Source of the DNA: Bacteroidota bacterium
Lineage (GTDB): Bacteria > Bacteroidota > Bacteroidia > Flavobacteriales_F > PHOS-HE28
NCBI GenBank assembly: GCA_014584605.1
Contig: JACTMO010000053.1
Coordinates: forward strand, 89,792-153,791
DNA length: 64,000 nucleotides
Direction: 5' to 3'
In this document: in pieces, positions 26,764 to 37,400 of the stretch
Position numbering within the stretch: position 1 is the stretch's first letter
How the letters are laid out: each line of letters begins with the position of its first letter
The notes under the pieces: model-generated
Database searches by the model: none
What the model saw: the letters and a program-made list of their open reading frames with translations, nothing else
What the model was told of the DNA's origin: nothing
Program-made: the position numbers and the translations under genes

Positions 26764-28290
26764 TCAGCCCGGCTGCTTGGCCACCTTGATCTTCTTGCCC
26801 GGGGCCAGCTGTTTCGAGTTGAGCCCCTGATTGAGGCGCTTGAGGTCCTCCACGGTCACGCCGGGATAGCGTTGGGCGATGCCCCACAGGGTGTCGCCCG
26901 GCTGTACGGTATGGTAGATATAGTCCTCCACCGAAGGTCGGCGTTCTTCTTCGTTCCGCGGGGCTTGTTCGGCGGAGGCCGGACGCGCGACGGCCGCAGC
27001 CGCCACTTGTCCAACGCGCAACCGCTGGCCCGGCTGGATCCGGTCCCCGCGCAGGTGGTTCCACGCCTTCAACTGGGATACCGTAACACCGTGGCGTGCT
27101 GCGATGGTGCCCAACGATTCCCCTCTGCGCACGGTGTGCTGGCGCATCACGGGCTCGGCTGGTGCCGCCATGGTCGCGGCGGGCACGGCGACCGGGGCGG
27201 ACATGGCGGCCAGGGCGCGGTAGCGCAGGCTGTCCTCGCGGTCGATGAAGGCGCCCACGATGTCGCGCGGCAGGTACAGCGTGGCCGGCTGGTCCGGGTC
27301 GGGTACATAGCCCTGCTTGAACACCGGGTTCAGTTCGCGCAGCATCGTTTCGTCCGATCCCGTGAAACGGGCCAGGTCGGCCAGCGTGAGCGGATAGCAC
27401 ACCTGCACGGTGTCCACCTCGTACGCGCAGAAGTTGGGCGCGATGGGATAGAGGTTGTGTTCCGCGGCGTGCTCGAAGATGTAGTTGACGGCGATGAAGG
27501 CGGGCACATAACCGCGGGTCTCCCGCGGCAAGTGGTCGTACACCTCCCAGTAATCCATGCGGCCACCGCTGCGGCGGATGGCCTTGTTCACGTTGCCGGG
27601 CCCGCAGTTATAGGCGGCCAGGGCCATCTCCCAGTTGCCGAAGATGCGGTGCAGGTCCTTCAGGTAGCGGCAGGCGGCCTCGGTGCTCCGGTACACATCG
27701 CTGCGCTCGTCCACATAGCTGTCCACGCGCAGGCCGTAGAGCTTGCCGGTGCCCACGATGAACTGCCAGAGGCCCACGGCGGCGGCGCGGCTGCGGGCCC
27801 CGGGTTGCAGGGCGCTTTCCACCACGGCCAGGTATTTCAGCTCGTGCGGCAGGCCGTGGCGCTCCAGGGCTTCCTCAAAGACCGGAAAGTAGAGCTGGGC
27901 CAGGCCCAGCATGCGGCTCGTTTGCTCACGTTTGCGGACGGCGTAGAGATCGATGTACGCCTGCACCACGCTGTTGTACGTCAGGGCGAAAGGCGTGCGC
28001 TGGTCGAGCACGGTCAGGCGGCGGCGCATCTCCTCGGGCGGGTAGGAGGGCACCGCGTCGGCGGCGAAGCCATGGACGTTGAGCACGCTGGTATCGGCCG
28101 TGAAGCGGTCGTTCATCACCCAGGGCAGGTGGGCCAGTTCGTCCAGGCGCTGCAGCACCGGGTCGTCAGCGGGCAGGGGAGGGCTGTCCTGGGCCGGTTG
28201 AGCGGCGATCGCCAGGGGCAGGGCCGTGCCCAGCAGCGCCGCAAGACGCCGGGTGATGCCGGTCCCCATCGGAAGGCGGAAAGCGTTCAT
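26764..28290 (-). CDS. Membrane-bound lytic murein transglycosylase D-like (SLT domain + LysM repeats)
   Basis: SLT catalytic region 'LKYLAVVESALQPGARSRAAAVGLWQFIVGTGKLYGL...ALAAYNCGPGNVNKAI'. Two C-terminal LysM motifs ('HTVRRGESLGTIAARHGVTVSQLKAWN', 'YHTVQPGDTLWGIAQRYPGVTVEDLKRLN'). Start at ATG 28288-28290 (MNAFRL...). Confidence 0.85.
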   Translation of the reverse strand: MNAFRLPMGTGITRRLAALLGTALPLAIAAQPAQDSPPLPADDPVLQRLDELAHLPWVMNDRFTADTSVLNVHGFAADAVPSYPPEEMRRRLTVLDQRTPFALTYNSVVQAYIDLYAVRKREQTSRMLGLAQLYFPVFEEALERHGLPHELKYLAVVESALQPGARSRAAAVGLWQFIVGTGKLYGLRVDSYVDERSDVYRSTEAACRYLKDLHRIFGNWEMALAAYNCGPGNVNKAIRRSGGRMDYWEVYDHLPRETRGYVPAFIAVNYIFEHAAEHNLYPIAPNFCAYEVDTVQVCYPLTLADLARFTGSDETMLRELNPVFKQGYVPDPDQPATLYLPRDIVGAFIDREDSLRYRALAAMSAPVAVPAATMAAPAEPVMRQHTVRRGESLGTIAARHGVTVSQLKAWNHLRGDRIQPGQRLRVGQVAAAAVARPASAEQAPRNEEERRPSVEDYIYHTVQPGDTLWGIAQRYPGVTVEDLKRLNQGLNSKQLAPGKKIKVAKQPG

Positions 28291-28394
28291 GGTCAAGGAC
28301 AAAGTAAGGTTAATACGCAGGGAGGCCCGGCTTGTTATCCGCGCCGGTCGTCCACGATGCACTGTGAATGGCGCAAGGACCGGGCCATGCGCCC

Positions 28395-29468
28395 TCACGC
28401 TTTCTCCTTCCGCTCCTTCTCGCGCTTCTGCGGCTGCAGGGGGTTGGCCCCGATGGTCTTGAAGAGCTCCCGGGCGCGCAGCACGTCCACGGCCAGCCAT
28501 ACCGCATGGCGGAAGCTGCCCTCATCGGCCACGCCCTGACCGGCGATGTCCAGCCCGGTGCCATGGTCGGGGCTGGTGCGCACGATGGGCAGGCCGGCCG
28601 TGAAGTTGACGCCATGGCCGAAGCTCAGCGCCTTGAAAGGCGCCAGCCCCTGGTCGTGGTACATGGCCAGCACGCCGTCGAAATGCCGGTAGGCCCCGCT
28701 TCCGAAGAAGCCGTCGGCGGCATAGGGGCCCATGGCGGCGATGCCTTCGGCCGCGAGCTGCCGCACGGCGGGCAGGATGCGTTCGCGGTCCTCGCTGCCC
28801 AGGGTGCCGCCGTCGCCGGCATGCGGGTTCAGCCCCAGCACGGCCAGGCGCGGGTTGGCGATGCCGAAGTCGCGAAGCAGGCTCTGGTGGAAGAGCCGTG
28901 CCTTGGACACGATGCGCTCGGTGGTGATGGCGGCGGCCACGTCCTTCAGCGGGATGTGGCCGGTCACCGTGCCCACGCGCAGCCCGTCGGCCACCAGCAC
29001 CATCAACACCTGGTCCACCCCGGCCACGTGGGCCAGGTACTCGGTGTGCCCGGGATGGGCGAAGCCGGCGGCTTCCATGCTGTGCTTGTCGATGGGCGCG
29101 GTGACCAGCACGTCCACCTTGCCGCTGGCCAGGTCCTGGGTGGCGGCCTCCAGGCTTCGGATGGCAAAGGCGGCAAGGGGTGCGCTGGGCCGGCCCAGTT
29201 CCAGGGTGGGCTCATCGTCCCACAAGTTCACCAGGTTGAACTTCCGGGGCAGGGCATCGGCCGCGTCGTTCACCCGGTGGAATTGCACCTCTTCGAGGCC
29301 GAGCTGTTTGCGGTGCTGGCTCACGGCCTTGGCCGAGGCGTACAGCACGGGGGTCAGCTCCTGCAGCATGCGGGCGTCCTCGAAGGTCTTCAGCACCACC
29401 TCGATGCCGATGCCCTGCAGATCGCCGCAGCTGATGCCCACGCGCACGGGTCGTCGTTCGCTGCTCAT
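28395..29468 (-). CDS. pdxA: 4-hydroxythreonine-4-phosphate dehydrogenase
   Basis: 'VGISCGDLQGIGIEVVLK', 'GHTEYLA', 'NPHAGDGG' are PdxA signatures. Start overlaps the pepA stop (ATGA). Confidence 0.9.
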   Translation of the reverse strand: MSSERRPVRVGISCGDLQGIGIEVVLKTFEDARMLQELTPVLYASAKAVSQHRKQLGLEEVQFHRVNDAADALPRKFNLVNLWDDEPTLELGRPSAPLAAFAIRSLEAATQDLASGKVDVLVTAPIDKHSMEAAGFAHPGHTEYLAHVAGVDQVLMVLVADGLRVGTVTGHIPLKDVAAAITTERIVSKARLFHQSLLRDFGIANPRLAVLGLNPHAGDGGTLGSEDRERILPAVRQLAAEGIAAMGPYAADGFFGSGAYRHFDGVLAMYHDQGLAPFKALSFGHGVNFTAGLPIVRTSPDHGTGLDIAGQGVADEGSFRHAVWLAVDVLRARELFKTIGANPLQPQKREKERKEKA

Positions 29469-30895
29469 GCCCTGGCGCGGCGTTGGAGGAATTCCACCAG
29501 CAGCCGCACACCCGTGCCGGTGCCGCCCTTGGGCCGGTAGCCGTCGCGGCGCGTGAGGAAGGCCGGGCCGGCAATGTCCAGGTGGATGTAGGGCCGCGTG
29601 GTGAACCGCGCCAGGAACTTGCCGGCCGTGATCATGCCCGCGCTATCGCCGCCCAGGTTCTTCAGGTCGGCGATCTCGCTGTCCAGTTCCCGGTCGTACT
29701 CCTTCCAGAAGGGGAAGTGGGCGATGCGCTCATGCACCTGGTCACCGGCCTCCTTCAGGCGGTCGAACACTTCTTCGTCGGCCGTGCCCATGGCCACGAT
29801 GCCCTGCGTGCCGATGGCGCGGGCGGCGGCGCCGGTGAGGGTGGCCACCGTGACGATGGTCTCGGCGCCGTAGGGTTCGGCGTAGCTCAGCGCATCGGCC
29901 AGCAGCATGCGTCCCTCGGCATCGCTGTTCATCACTTCCACGGTGAGGCCGTTGTGCATGCGCACCACGTCGCCCGGGGCGAACGCGTTGCCGCCGGGCC
30001 GGTTGTCCGTGGCGGGTACCAGGGCCACCACATGCACGGGCAGCTCCAGCAAGGCTGCGGCGGCGATGGCACCGGCCACGCAGGCCCCTCCGGCCATGTC
30101 GCATTTCATGTGGTCCATGCTGTTGGGCGTGGGTTTCAGGCTCAGCCCGCCCGTGTCGTACACCACACCCTTGCCCACCAGTACGATCGGCCTGGCGTTC
30201 ACGGCCTTTTTGGGCTTGTGCTCCAGGATGCTGAAGGTGGGAGGGTCCACGCTGCCCTTGTTCACGGCGAGCAGGCCGCCCATGCCCATGGCTTCGATCT
30301 GCGCCTTGTCCAGCATCTGGAACTTCACCCCGGCATTGCGGCACAGGGTGCGCAGCTCGCTGGCCAGCTGCACGGCGTTGAGGGCGCTGACCGGCTCGTT
30401 CACCAGGTCGCGCACCGTGCACACCACGCCCGTCAGGTCGTTCAGGCGGTCCACGGCCCGGCGGTCGATGTCCGGATGCACGATGCGGATGCGCTTGAGG
30501 GTAACGGGAGCCTTGCCGGTCTTGTACTTGCGGAAGGCATAGGCGCCCAGGGCGATGCCCTCGGCCAGGGCCAGCAGCAGGTCGCTGTCGTCGTGGAGGC
30601 CCACCAGCTGGGCTTCGGTGCGCTTGGCGGCGGCCAGGCGTTCGGCCATCAGGGCTCCGGCGCGGCGGGCGTTCTCCAGCACCTCGGGCCGGGGCGCCTT
30701 GGCGGGTTCGTGCGCAAGCACCAGTCGGCCGCTCACGTCCACGGCGGCCAGGCCCTCTTCCTGGCCGAGCTGCGTTCCAAGGTAGTGCTGGTCGGTGCGG
30801 TCGAGCTCCAGCTCGCGCAGGCGGGCCTTGCCGGCCACCAGGGCCAGGGTATCGGCGCCCGTTGCGGGCTTGGAGGCTTTCTCGAAGGTGATCAT
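29465..30895 (-). CDS. pepA: Leucyl aminopeptidase (M17)
   Basis: 'VGKGVVYDTGGLSLKP', 'MKCDMAGGA', 'NSDAEGRMLLADAL' are the M17 signature. Start at ATG 30893-30895 (MITFEKASKP). Confidence 0.9.
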   Translation of the reverse strand: MITFEKASKPATGADTLALVAGKARLRELELDRTDQHYLGTQLGQEEGLAAVDVSGRLVLAHEPAKAPRPEVLENARRAGALMAERLAAAKRTEAQLVGLHDDSDLLLALAEGIALGAYAFRKYKTGKAPVTLKRIRIVHPDIDRRAVDRLNDLTGVVCTVRDLVNEPVSALNAVQLASELRTLCRNAGVKFQMLDKAQIEAMGMGGLLAVNKGSVDPPTFSILEHKPKKAVNARPIVLVGKGVVYDTGGLSLKPTPNSMDHMKCDMAGGACVAGAIAAAALLELPVHVVALVPATDNRPGGNAFAPGDVVRMHNGLTVEVMNSDAEGRMLLADALSYAEPYGAETIVTVATLTGAAARAIGTQGIVAMGTADEEVFDRLKEAGDQVHERIAHFPFWKEYDRELDSEIADLKNLGGDSAGMITAGKFLARFTTRPYIHLDIAGPAFLTRRDGYRPKGGTGTGVRLLVEFLQRRARA

Positions 30896-31058
30896 GGGGG
30901 GGGCGGGTGCGGCCGCTGGATGAGGGCCAGGCCAAAGATAGCCGGACACCCTTGGGCCCGCCCGGCCACACACCAGGCGCCGCCCTTGCACGTTCCATTC
31001 CCACCGGCCGTCGCGCCGCCCGCGCGCACGGCCCGGAAATGGCGACCTTTGACCGACG

Positions 31059-33683
31059 ATGCTCCGCCTGCGCCCGTTCCTCGTCCTCCTTGCCCTGCTG
31101 GCCTCTTTCGCCGTACGGGCCACCCATAACCGGGCGGGCGAGATCGTGTACTGCGTGGACCCGGACAACCCGTTGCGGTACTTCGTGCAGATCATCACCC
31201 ACTCGAAGACCAGCGCACCGGCGGACCGGCCGGAACTGGAGATCTACTGGGGCGACGGTTCGAGCGACACCCTGCCGCGCGTGTCCATCACGCCCATCCT
31301 CGGCGCCGACGCGCAAAGGAACGTGTACGAAGGCGTGCATGTGTTCAACGGCCCCGGTCAGTACATCCTGAGCTTCGAGGACCCCAACCGCAACGAAGGG
31401 GTGCTCAACATCCCCAACTCAGTGAACCAGACCTTCTGCGTCAAGTCGATGCTCACCATCGGCCCGCTCACCGGGGGCAACTGCAGCGTGAACTTCCTGA
31501 ACAGCCCCCTGCAGGACGCCTGCCTGAACACCATGTGGGCGCACAACTCGGTGGCCTTCGACGCCGATGGCGACAGCCTGAGCTACGAACTGCTGGTGTG
31601 CGCCGGTCTGGGCTGCGATCCCATCCCGGGCTACGTTTATCCCGATGCGGTGTCGCCAGCGCCGGACGTGTTCCAGATCGACGGGTTCACCGGCACCCTG
31701 TACTGGGATGCTCCGCAACTGATCGGGGAGTACAACATCGCCTTTCGCGTGCGGGAATGGCGCAAGGTGAACGGTATCCCCTATGAAGTGGGCTGGGTGG
31801 TGCGCGACATGCAGGTGACGGTGAAGCCGTGCAGCAACCAGCCGCCCGTGGTGGACCCGGTGCCCGACACATGCGTGGTGGCCGGCACGGTGCTCACGGT
31901 GAACGTGCAGGCCGGCGACCCCGATCCCGCACAGAACGTGACGCTCACCGCGCTGGGCGGCCCGATGGTGCTGCAACAGAGCCCGGCCACCTTCCAAGCC
32001 GGCCCGCCGGACAATCCGGTGACCGGCGTGCTCACCTGGAGCACGGTGTGCGCCCACGTGCGACTGCAGCCCTACCAGGTGGTGTTCCGCGCCAGCGACA
32101 ACGGCACGCCGGTGGTCCTGGAGGACTATGAACCCATGAACATCACCGTGGTGGCGCCAGCACCGGAGAACCCCACGGCCGCACCCCTGGTGGACGCCAT
32201 CCAGGTGGGCTGGGACGCGAGCGTATGCACCAATGCGGATGGCTACCGCATTTACCGGCGGGTGGGTCCCTTCCCCTTCGTGCCCGACCACTGCGAGACC
32301 GGCGTACCGGCCTACACCGGCTACCAGCTCATCGGCACGGCGGCAGGGAGCGGCACCACCACCTTCCTGGACGACCAGGTCCTCTTCGGCGTGCAGTACT
32401 GCTACCGCATCACGGCATACTTCGGCGATGGGGCCGAGAGCTACAGCAGCGACGAGGTCTGCGCCTTCCTGGAGCGCACCGTGCCGCTGATGACCAAGGT
32501 GAGCGTGGGCGTCACCGATGGCACCGCCGGTCAGGACACCGTGCGATGGACCAACGCCATCGAGCTCGACACCATCGCCCATCCAGGTCCTTACCGGTTC
32601 CAACTGTACCGGGGCGATGGCTTCGGCAGCGCCGGCACCCTGGTGCACACCAGTGCCCTGCACCCCTTCCTGGTCCATCCGGACACCGGGTTCGTGGACA
32701 CAGGTCTCAACACCTCGACACAGCCGAACACCTATAGGGTGGAGCTTTTCGGTTCGGGCGGCACGGTGCGCATCGGCAGCAGCGATCCCGCGTCCAGCGT
32801 GTTCCTGAGCCTGGCCCCGGATGACGAGCGCATCGACCTGAGCTGGCAGGCCAACGTGCCCTGGACGAACACCAGCCATGCGGTGGACCGCTTCGACGGC
32901 ACCCAATGGGTGCAGATCGCCAACACCACCGAACCGCTGTACACGGACACCGGCCTGGTGAACGGACAGACCTACTGCTACCGCGTGCGGACCAGCGGGG
33001 CGTACGGCGACCCGTCGGTCATTGCACCCCTGGTCAACTACAGCCAGGAGGCCTGTGGGCAACCCGTGGACCTGACCCCACCCTGTGCGCCCACCCTGAC
33101 GCTGGACAGCGACTGTGAAGAACCGCTCAACGTGCTGGCCTGGACCAACCCCGACCACAGCTGTGCGGACGACACCTGGTCCTACACGATCTGGTTCACC
33201 GACTCGCTGGGGGGCACGCTGCTGCCCATCGCCACCATCTTCGGCGCTGCGGACACCACCTTCACCCATACGAACGGCAACAGCGTGGCGGGTTGCTACG
33301 CGGTGACGGCCACCGACAGCGTGGGCAACGAAAGTCTGCTGAGCGATACGCTGTGCGCGGACAACTGCCCGCAGTACACGCTGCCCAATGTGTTCAGCCC
33401 CAACGGCGACCGCACGAACGACCATTTTGTCCCCTTCCCGTACCGCGGTGTGGAGCGCATCGACCTGCAGGTGTTCAACCGGTGGGGCAATGTGGTGTTC
33501 ACCACGGAAGACCCCGCCATCGGCTGGGACGGTACCGCGCAGGCCAGCGGGGAGCCCTGTCCGGACGGAGTGTACTACTACCTCTGTACGGTGACCTTTG
33601 CCCGCCTCACCGGGCCGGAGCAGCTGCAATTGAACGGATACGTGCACATCCTGCGCGGGCAGGGCAGCGGCAATGTGAACTGA
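31059..33683 (+). CDS. Large secreted T9SS type-B (gliding motility-associated) CTD protein with Fn3/Ig-like repeats
   Basis: Signal peptide 'MLRLRPFLVLLALLASFAVRA'. C-terminal 'LPNVFSPNGDRTNDHFVPF...DLQVFNRWGNVVF...WDGT...GVYYYLCTV...GYVHILR'. Confidence 0.75.
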   Translation: MLRLRPFLVLLALLASFAVRATHNRAGEIVYCVDPDNPLRYFVQIITHSKTSAPADRPELEIYWGDGSSDTLPRVSITPILGADAQRNVYEGVHVFNGPGQYILSFEDPNRNEGVLNIPNSVNQTFCVKSMLTIGPLTGGNCSVNFLNSPLQDACLNTMWAHNSVAFDADGDSLSYELLVCAGLGCDPIPGYVYPDAVSPAPDVFQIDGFTGTLYWDAPQLIGEYNIAFRVREWRKVNGIPYEVGWVVRDMQVTVKPCSNQPPVVDPVPDTCVVAGTVLTVNVQAGDPDPAQNVTLTALGGPMVLQQSPATFQAGPPDNPVTGVLTWSTVCAHVRLQPYQVVFRASDNGTPVVLEDYEPMNITVVAPAPENPTAAPLVDAIQVGWDASVCTNADGYRIYRRVGPFPFVPDHCETGVPAYTGYQLIGTAAGSGTTTFLDDQVLFGVQYCYRITAYFGDGAESYSSDEVCAFLERTVPLMTKVSVGVTDGTAGQDTVRWTNAIELDTIAHPGPYRFQLYRGDGFGSAGTLVHTSALHPFLVHPDTGFVDTGLNTSTQPNTYRVELFGSGGTVRIGSSDPASSVFLSLAPDDERIDLSWQANVPWTNTSHAVDRFDGTQWVQIANTTEPLYTDTGLVNGQTYCYRVRTSGAYGDPSVIAPLVNYSQEACGQPVDLTPPCAPTLTLDSDCEEPLNVLAWTNPDHSCADDTWSYTIWFTDSLGGTLLPIATIFGAADTTFTHTNGNSVAGCYAVTATDSVGNESLLSDTLCADNCPQYTLPNVFSPNGDRTNDHFVPFPYRGVERIDLQVFNRWGNVVFTTEDPAIGWDGTAQASGEPCPDGVYYYLCTVTFARLTGPEQLQLNGYVHILRGQGSGNVN

Positions 33684-34276
33684 TGTTCACCGGCATCGTG
33701 GAAGAGGTGGGCCGTGTGGTGGCCGTGCGGCCCGAAGGTGGCAACCTGCATCTGGACATCGCGGCGCGCATGGCCCCGGAACTGCGCGTGGACCAGAGCG
33801 TGGCGCACAACGGGGTCTGCCTCACCGTGGTGGCCCTGGCCGACGATCGTTACCGCGTGACGGTGGTGCGGGAGACCCTTGAGCGCAGCAACATGGGCGC
33901 CCTTCGGCCTGGCGATGGCGTGGACCTGGAGCGCAGCCTCCGCATGGGCGACCGTCTCGACGGGCACTTGGTGCAGGGCCATGTGGACGCGGTGACGCGT
34001 TGCCGGGACGTCCGCGAGGAGGGGGGCAGCTGGCGCTTCGCGTTCACCCTGGAGGACGCGCACCGTGCGCTGGTGGTGGAAAAGGGCAGCGTATGCCTCA
34101 ACGGGGTCAGCCTCACGGTGGCCCGGCTTCACGAGGGGCGCTTCGAGGTGGCCGTCATCCCCTACACGTACCACCACACGGTGTTCCACACCTTGCGGCC
34201 CGGCGATGCGGTGAACGTGGAGTTCGATGTGCTGGGCAAATACGTGGCGCGCATGATGGCCGACCGCAAGGGCTGA
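33683..34276 (+). CDS. ribE: Riboflavin synthase (alpha subunit)
   Basis: 'MFTGIVEEVGRV' and the duplicated lumazine-binding halves 'NGVCLTVV' / 'NGVSLTVA'. The ATG overlaps the upstream stop (TGATG). Confidence 0.9.
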   Translation: MFTGIVEEVGRVVAVRPEGGNLHLDIAARMAPELRVDQSVAHNGVCLTVVALADDRYRVTVVRETLERSNMGALRPGDGVDLERSLRMGDRLDGHLVQGHVDAVTRCRDVREEGGSWRFAFTLEDAHRALVVEKGSVCLNGVSLTVARLHEGRFEVAVIPYTYHHTVFHTLRPGDAVNVEFDVLGKYVARMMADRKG

Positions 34277-34397
34277 GCCAGGCACCTGTCCGGACCCCTT
34301 CACCGGCGTTCCACGGAGCTCCCTTGCCCATGCCTCGCCATCGGCCCGCGCATGAACAGGCGCACATCCGCAGGCGGCCCGGTGTAGCCAGGGGGTG

Positions 34398-36320
34398 TCA
34401 CCGTTTCACCAGAACGCCGCGCACGCCGTCCGCCTCCACCACATACACCCCGGCGGCAAGGTCGGCCACGGGCAGCGCGATGCGCCGGTCGGTGATCGGT
34501 CGTGCGGGCAGAACGCGCACCGAACGGCCGTGGAGGTCGGTGATGCGCACATCCGCATGGCCTTGATGCGTGCCGCCCAGGTACAGCAGCGCATCGCCTT
34601 CGGCGGGGTTGGGGTACAGCACGGCACGGCCGTCGGTGGCTGCCAGCGTGGGCACGCGCAACACCAGGTTCTGTCCGGTGATCAGCCAGGTGTCCGGGTC
34701 CAGCAGCACGCTGTCCGCCTGGAAGGGCAGCCACAGGCCGAAGGTCTGGCCATCGGCGGTATGGTCCAGCACCACCAGGCTGTCCTGGGTGCCGTTCTTG
34801 AAGCGCAGGGGTACGGGGAGCTCGAAGAAGGCAACGCTGGGGTGCGAGCTGCTCTGGAACAGCTGCAGGGACACGTTGCCGCCCGCGTCCTGGCTCCATT
34901 CCACGGTGTAGGAGGGGTGGCCCTCGCCGATGTACCAATCGGCCATGAAGCCGTCGAGGTCCAGCCCGCTGGCGGCCTCCAGGTGGCCCTGTAGATCGCT
35001 GGTGTGGGCGTTGGAATAGGCCAGTTGCGGGTCGTTCAGGTAGTTGCGACAGCCGGCGAAGAAGGCGCTGTCCCCGCACACCCAGCGCAGCATGTGCAGC
35101 ACCATCGCGCCTTTGCGGTAGGTCAGGCGGGCGCTGAACAGACGGGCGATGTCGGTGGTGTCGCTCACCCGGACGCTGCCGTCCGGCAGGCTGGTGATGT
35201 CGGCCACCTGCGCCAGCTTCCACCCGGGCCAGTATTGTGCGGCGAGCGTTTCGTAGCACAGGCCGGAGAGGTAGGTCGCGAAGCCTTCGTTGAGCCACAG
35301 GTCCTGCCAGCTGGCGCAGGTCACCTTGTCGCCGAACCATTGGTGGGCCAGCTCATGGGCGGCCAGTTCGTAGCTCCACCCGCCCATGAAGGTCATGGTC
35401 TGGTGTTCCATGCCGCCGCCCCAGCCGAACTGCGCATGCCCGTACTGCTCGTCCGCGAAGGGGTAGTTGCCGAAGCGGCTGCTGTAGAAGGGCATCTGCT
35501 GGGCCACATCGCCGGCCACAAGCTGCGCCAGGTAGTCGTCCTGCGGATAGGCATAGGTCCACATCGTCACCGTGTCGCCGACCAGGGGGATCTGTGTCTG
35601 GCTGACGGTGTAGTCGCACACGGCCGTTGCGATCAGGTAGTAAGCGATGGGGTGGCGGTGGCGCCAGTGATGGATGCGTTGCGTGCCGCCGTTCACGGGG
35701 GTCACCGACATCAGCACGCCGTTGCTCACCGCCTCATATGCGGCCGGAACCGTGAGGAACACGTCGATGGAATCGATCTTGTCGTGCAGGTCCTGTTTGC
35801 AGGGCCACCAGTCGCGCGCACCGTAGGGTTCGCTCAGGGTCCACTGGGCGGTGTTGCCCAGTGGGTTGCCCACGGCGAAGGAGCCGAAGCCGCTGCCGCT
35901 GGGGGCACCGCTGTACACCACCGTCACACTGTCCATGGCGCCCGGGGCCAGCGGCGTGGGAAGGTCGATCCACAGGATGCCGTCGGTGCCGTGCGTCCAG
36001 ATGAGCGGGTCGGTGCCATGCAGCACGGCGCTCACGTGAAGGGCGGTGTCGGCATCGAAGCGCAGGGTGCTCAGTACGGCGGTGGCCGTGAAGTGGCTCC
36101 GCACCGTGCCGCTGATGAAGTTCACGGCCGGGTCGATCGACCATTCCAGCCGGTGGTGGTGAAGGTCATAGCCCCAGGTAGGGCTGCCGTGCCGCAACAG
36201 GTGTTCCGTCCCATGCCGCTCGCGCCAGGCCAGTTCGTCGAGCACGCCTTTGTCCCAGGCCACTTGCGCGGTGGCGCCCAGGGCCAGCAGCAGGGTGCCG
36301 AGCAGGGCAGGGTGCCGCAT
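34398..36320 (-). CDS. M1-family zinc metallopeptidase (aminopeptidase N-like) with T9SS type-A CTD
   Basis: 'GGMEHQTM' (GAMEN-like) and 'HELAHQWFGDKVT...WLNEGFATY' (HEXXH + E). C-terminal 'VLYPNPAEGDALLYLGG...YVVEADGVRGVLVKR'. Confidence 0.85.
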   Translation of the reverse strand: MRHPALLGTLLLALGATAQVAWDKGVLDELAWRERHGTEHLLRHGSPTWGYDLHHHRLEWSIDPAVNFISGTVRSHFTATAVLSTLRFDADTALHVSAVLHGTDPLIWTHGTDGILWIDLPTPLAPGAMDSVTVVYSGAPSGSGFGSFAVGNPLGNTAQWTLSEPYGARDWWPCKQDLHDKIDSIDVFLTVPAAYEAVSNGVLMSVTPVNGGTQRIHHWRHRHPIAYYLIATAVCDYTVSQTQIPLVGDTVTMWTYAYPQDDYLAQLVAGDVAQQMPFYSSRFGNYPFADEQYGHAQFGWGGGMEHQTMTFMGGWSYELAAHELAHQWFGDKVTCASWQDLWLNEGFATYLSGLCYETLAAQYWPGWKLAQVADITSLPDGSVRVSDTTDIARLFSARLTYRKGAMVLHMLRWVCGDSAFFAGCRNYLNDPQLAYSNAHTSDLQGHLEAASGLDLDGFMADWYIGEGHPSYTVEWSQDAGGNVSLQLFQSSSHPSVAFFELPVPLRFKNGTQDSLVVLDHTADGQTFGLWLPFQADSVLLDPDTWLITGQNLVLRVPTLAATDGRAVLYPNPAEGDALLYLGGTHQGHADVRITDLHGRSVRVLPARPITDRRIALPVADLAAGVYVVEADGVRGVLVKR

Positions 36321-36383
36321 AGCCGAAAGGTACGATGTGCGGAGGTTCGGGCTCCTGTCGCGCAGTGCGAACGGGCCGGGCCG

Positions 36384-37337
36384 TCAGCGTACGGCTTTCA
36401 GGATGGCGCGCACGGCCTCGCTCCGGCCCATGGTGTAGAAGTGCAGGCAGGGCACGTTGCGGGCGGTCAGTTCACGGGCCTGTTGGACACCCCATTCGAT
36501 GCCCACCTGCTTGACCTCCTCATCCGTGCGGCATTTGGCCAGCTCGGTGCTGAAGGCCACCGGCAGGTCCAGGTGGAAGGTCTTGGGGATGAAGGCGATG
36601 TGCTTCCGGTTGGTGAGGGGCTTGAGGCCGGGGATGATGGGCACGGTGATGCCCTCGGCGCGGCAGCGGTCCACGAAGGCGAAGTACTTGGCGTTGTCGA
36701 AGAACATCTGGGTCACCAGGTACTCGGCACCGGCCTCCACCTTCTGCTTCAGGTAGGCGATGTCGGTGTCCAGGTTCAGCGCCTCGGGGTGCTTCTCGGG
36801 GTAGCAGGCGGCGCCGATGCACAGGTCGGTGGGAGCGGTCTCCGTTTCCTCCTCGTGCAGGTAATGGCCCTTGTTGAGGGCGGCGATCTGGCGCACCAGG
36901 TCCACGGCGTGAGCGTGGCCATCGCGCTCGGGCACGAAATGCCCCTCGTTCTTGATGGCGTCGCCCCGCAGGGCCAGCACGTTGCCGATGCCCAGGAAGT
37001 TGAGCTCGATGAGGGCGTCCTCGGTGTCCTCCTGGCTGAAGCCACCGCAGATCAGGTGGGGCACCGTGTCCACGCTGTACTTGGCCTTGATCATGGCGCA
37101 GATGCCCACGGTGCCCGGGCGTTTGCGCAGGCGCACCTTGCGCAGCAGGCCATGCCCCATGTCCTTGTAGAGCACCTCTTCGCGGTGGTACGTGACGTTG
37201 ATGAAGCTCGGGCCGAACTCCATCAACGGGTCGATGCCTTCGTAGATCGAACGGATGTCGCGGCCCTTGAGCGGGGGCAGGATCTCGAAGCTGAAGAGCG
37301 TGGCGGAGGCCTTGCGCAGGTGGTCGGTGACCTTCAT
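36384..37337 (-). CDS. metF: 5,10-methylenetetrahydrofolate reductase
   Basis: 'FSFEILPP', 'SFINVTY', 'HLICGG', 'LRGD', 'YLVTQMFFD' are MetF signatures. Confidence 0.9.
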   Translation of the reverse strand: MKVTDHLRKASATLFSFEILPPLKGRDIRSIYEGIDPLMEFGPSFINVTYHREEVLYKDMGHGLLRKVRLRKRPGTVGICAMIKAKYSVDTVPHLICGGFSQEDTEDALIELNFLGIGNVLALRGDAIKNEGHFVPERDGHAHAVDLVRQIAALNKGHYLHEEETETAPTDLCIGAACYPEKHPEALNLDTDIAYLKQKVEAGAEYLVTQMFFDNAKYFAFVDRCRAEGITVPIIPGLKPLTNRKHIAFIPKTFHLDLPVAFSTELAKCRTDEEVKQVGIEWGVQQARELTARNVPCLHFYTMGRSEAVRAILKAVR

Positions 37338-37400
37338 GGCGGGCGGCGAAGATAGGCGAACGCCCCGCTGGGCGGGGCGTTGGCACGGGTGGCATCGCGC

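Noticed and set aside
33293-33682. 5' extension of the ribE ORF into the preceding T9SS gene
   Set aside because: Different frame from the T9SS gene. The canonical riboflavin-synthase N-terminus MFTGIVEEVG starts at ATG 33683, overlapping the upstream stop.
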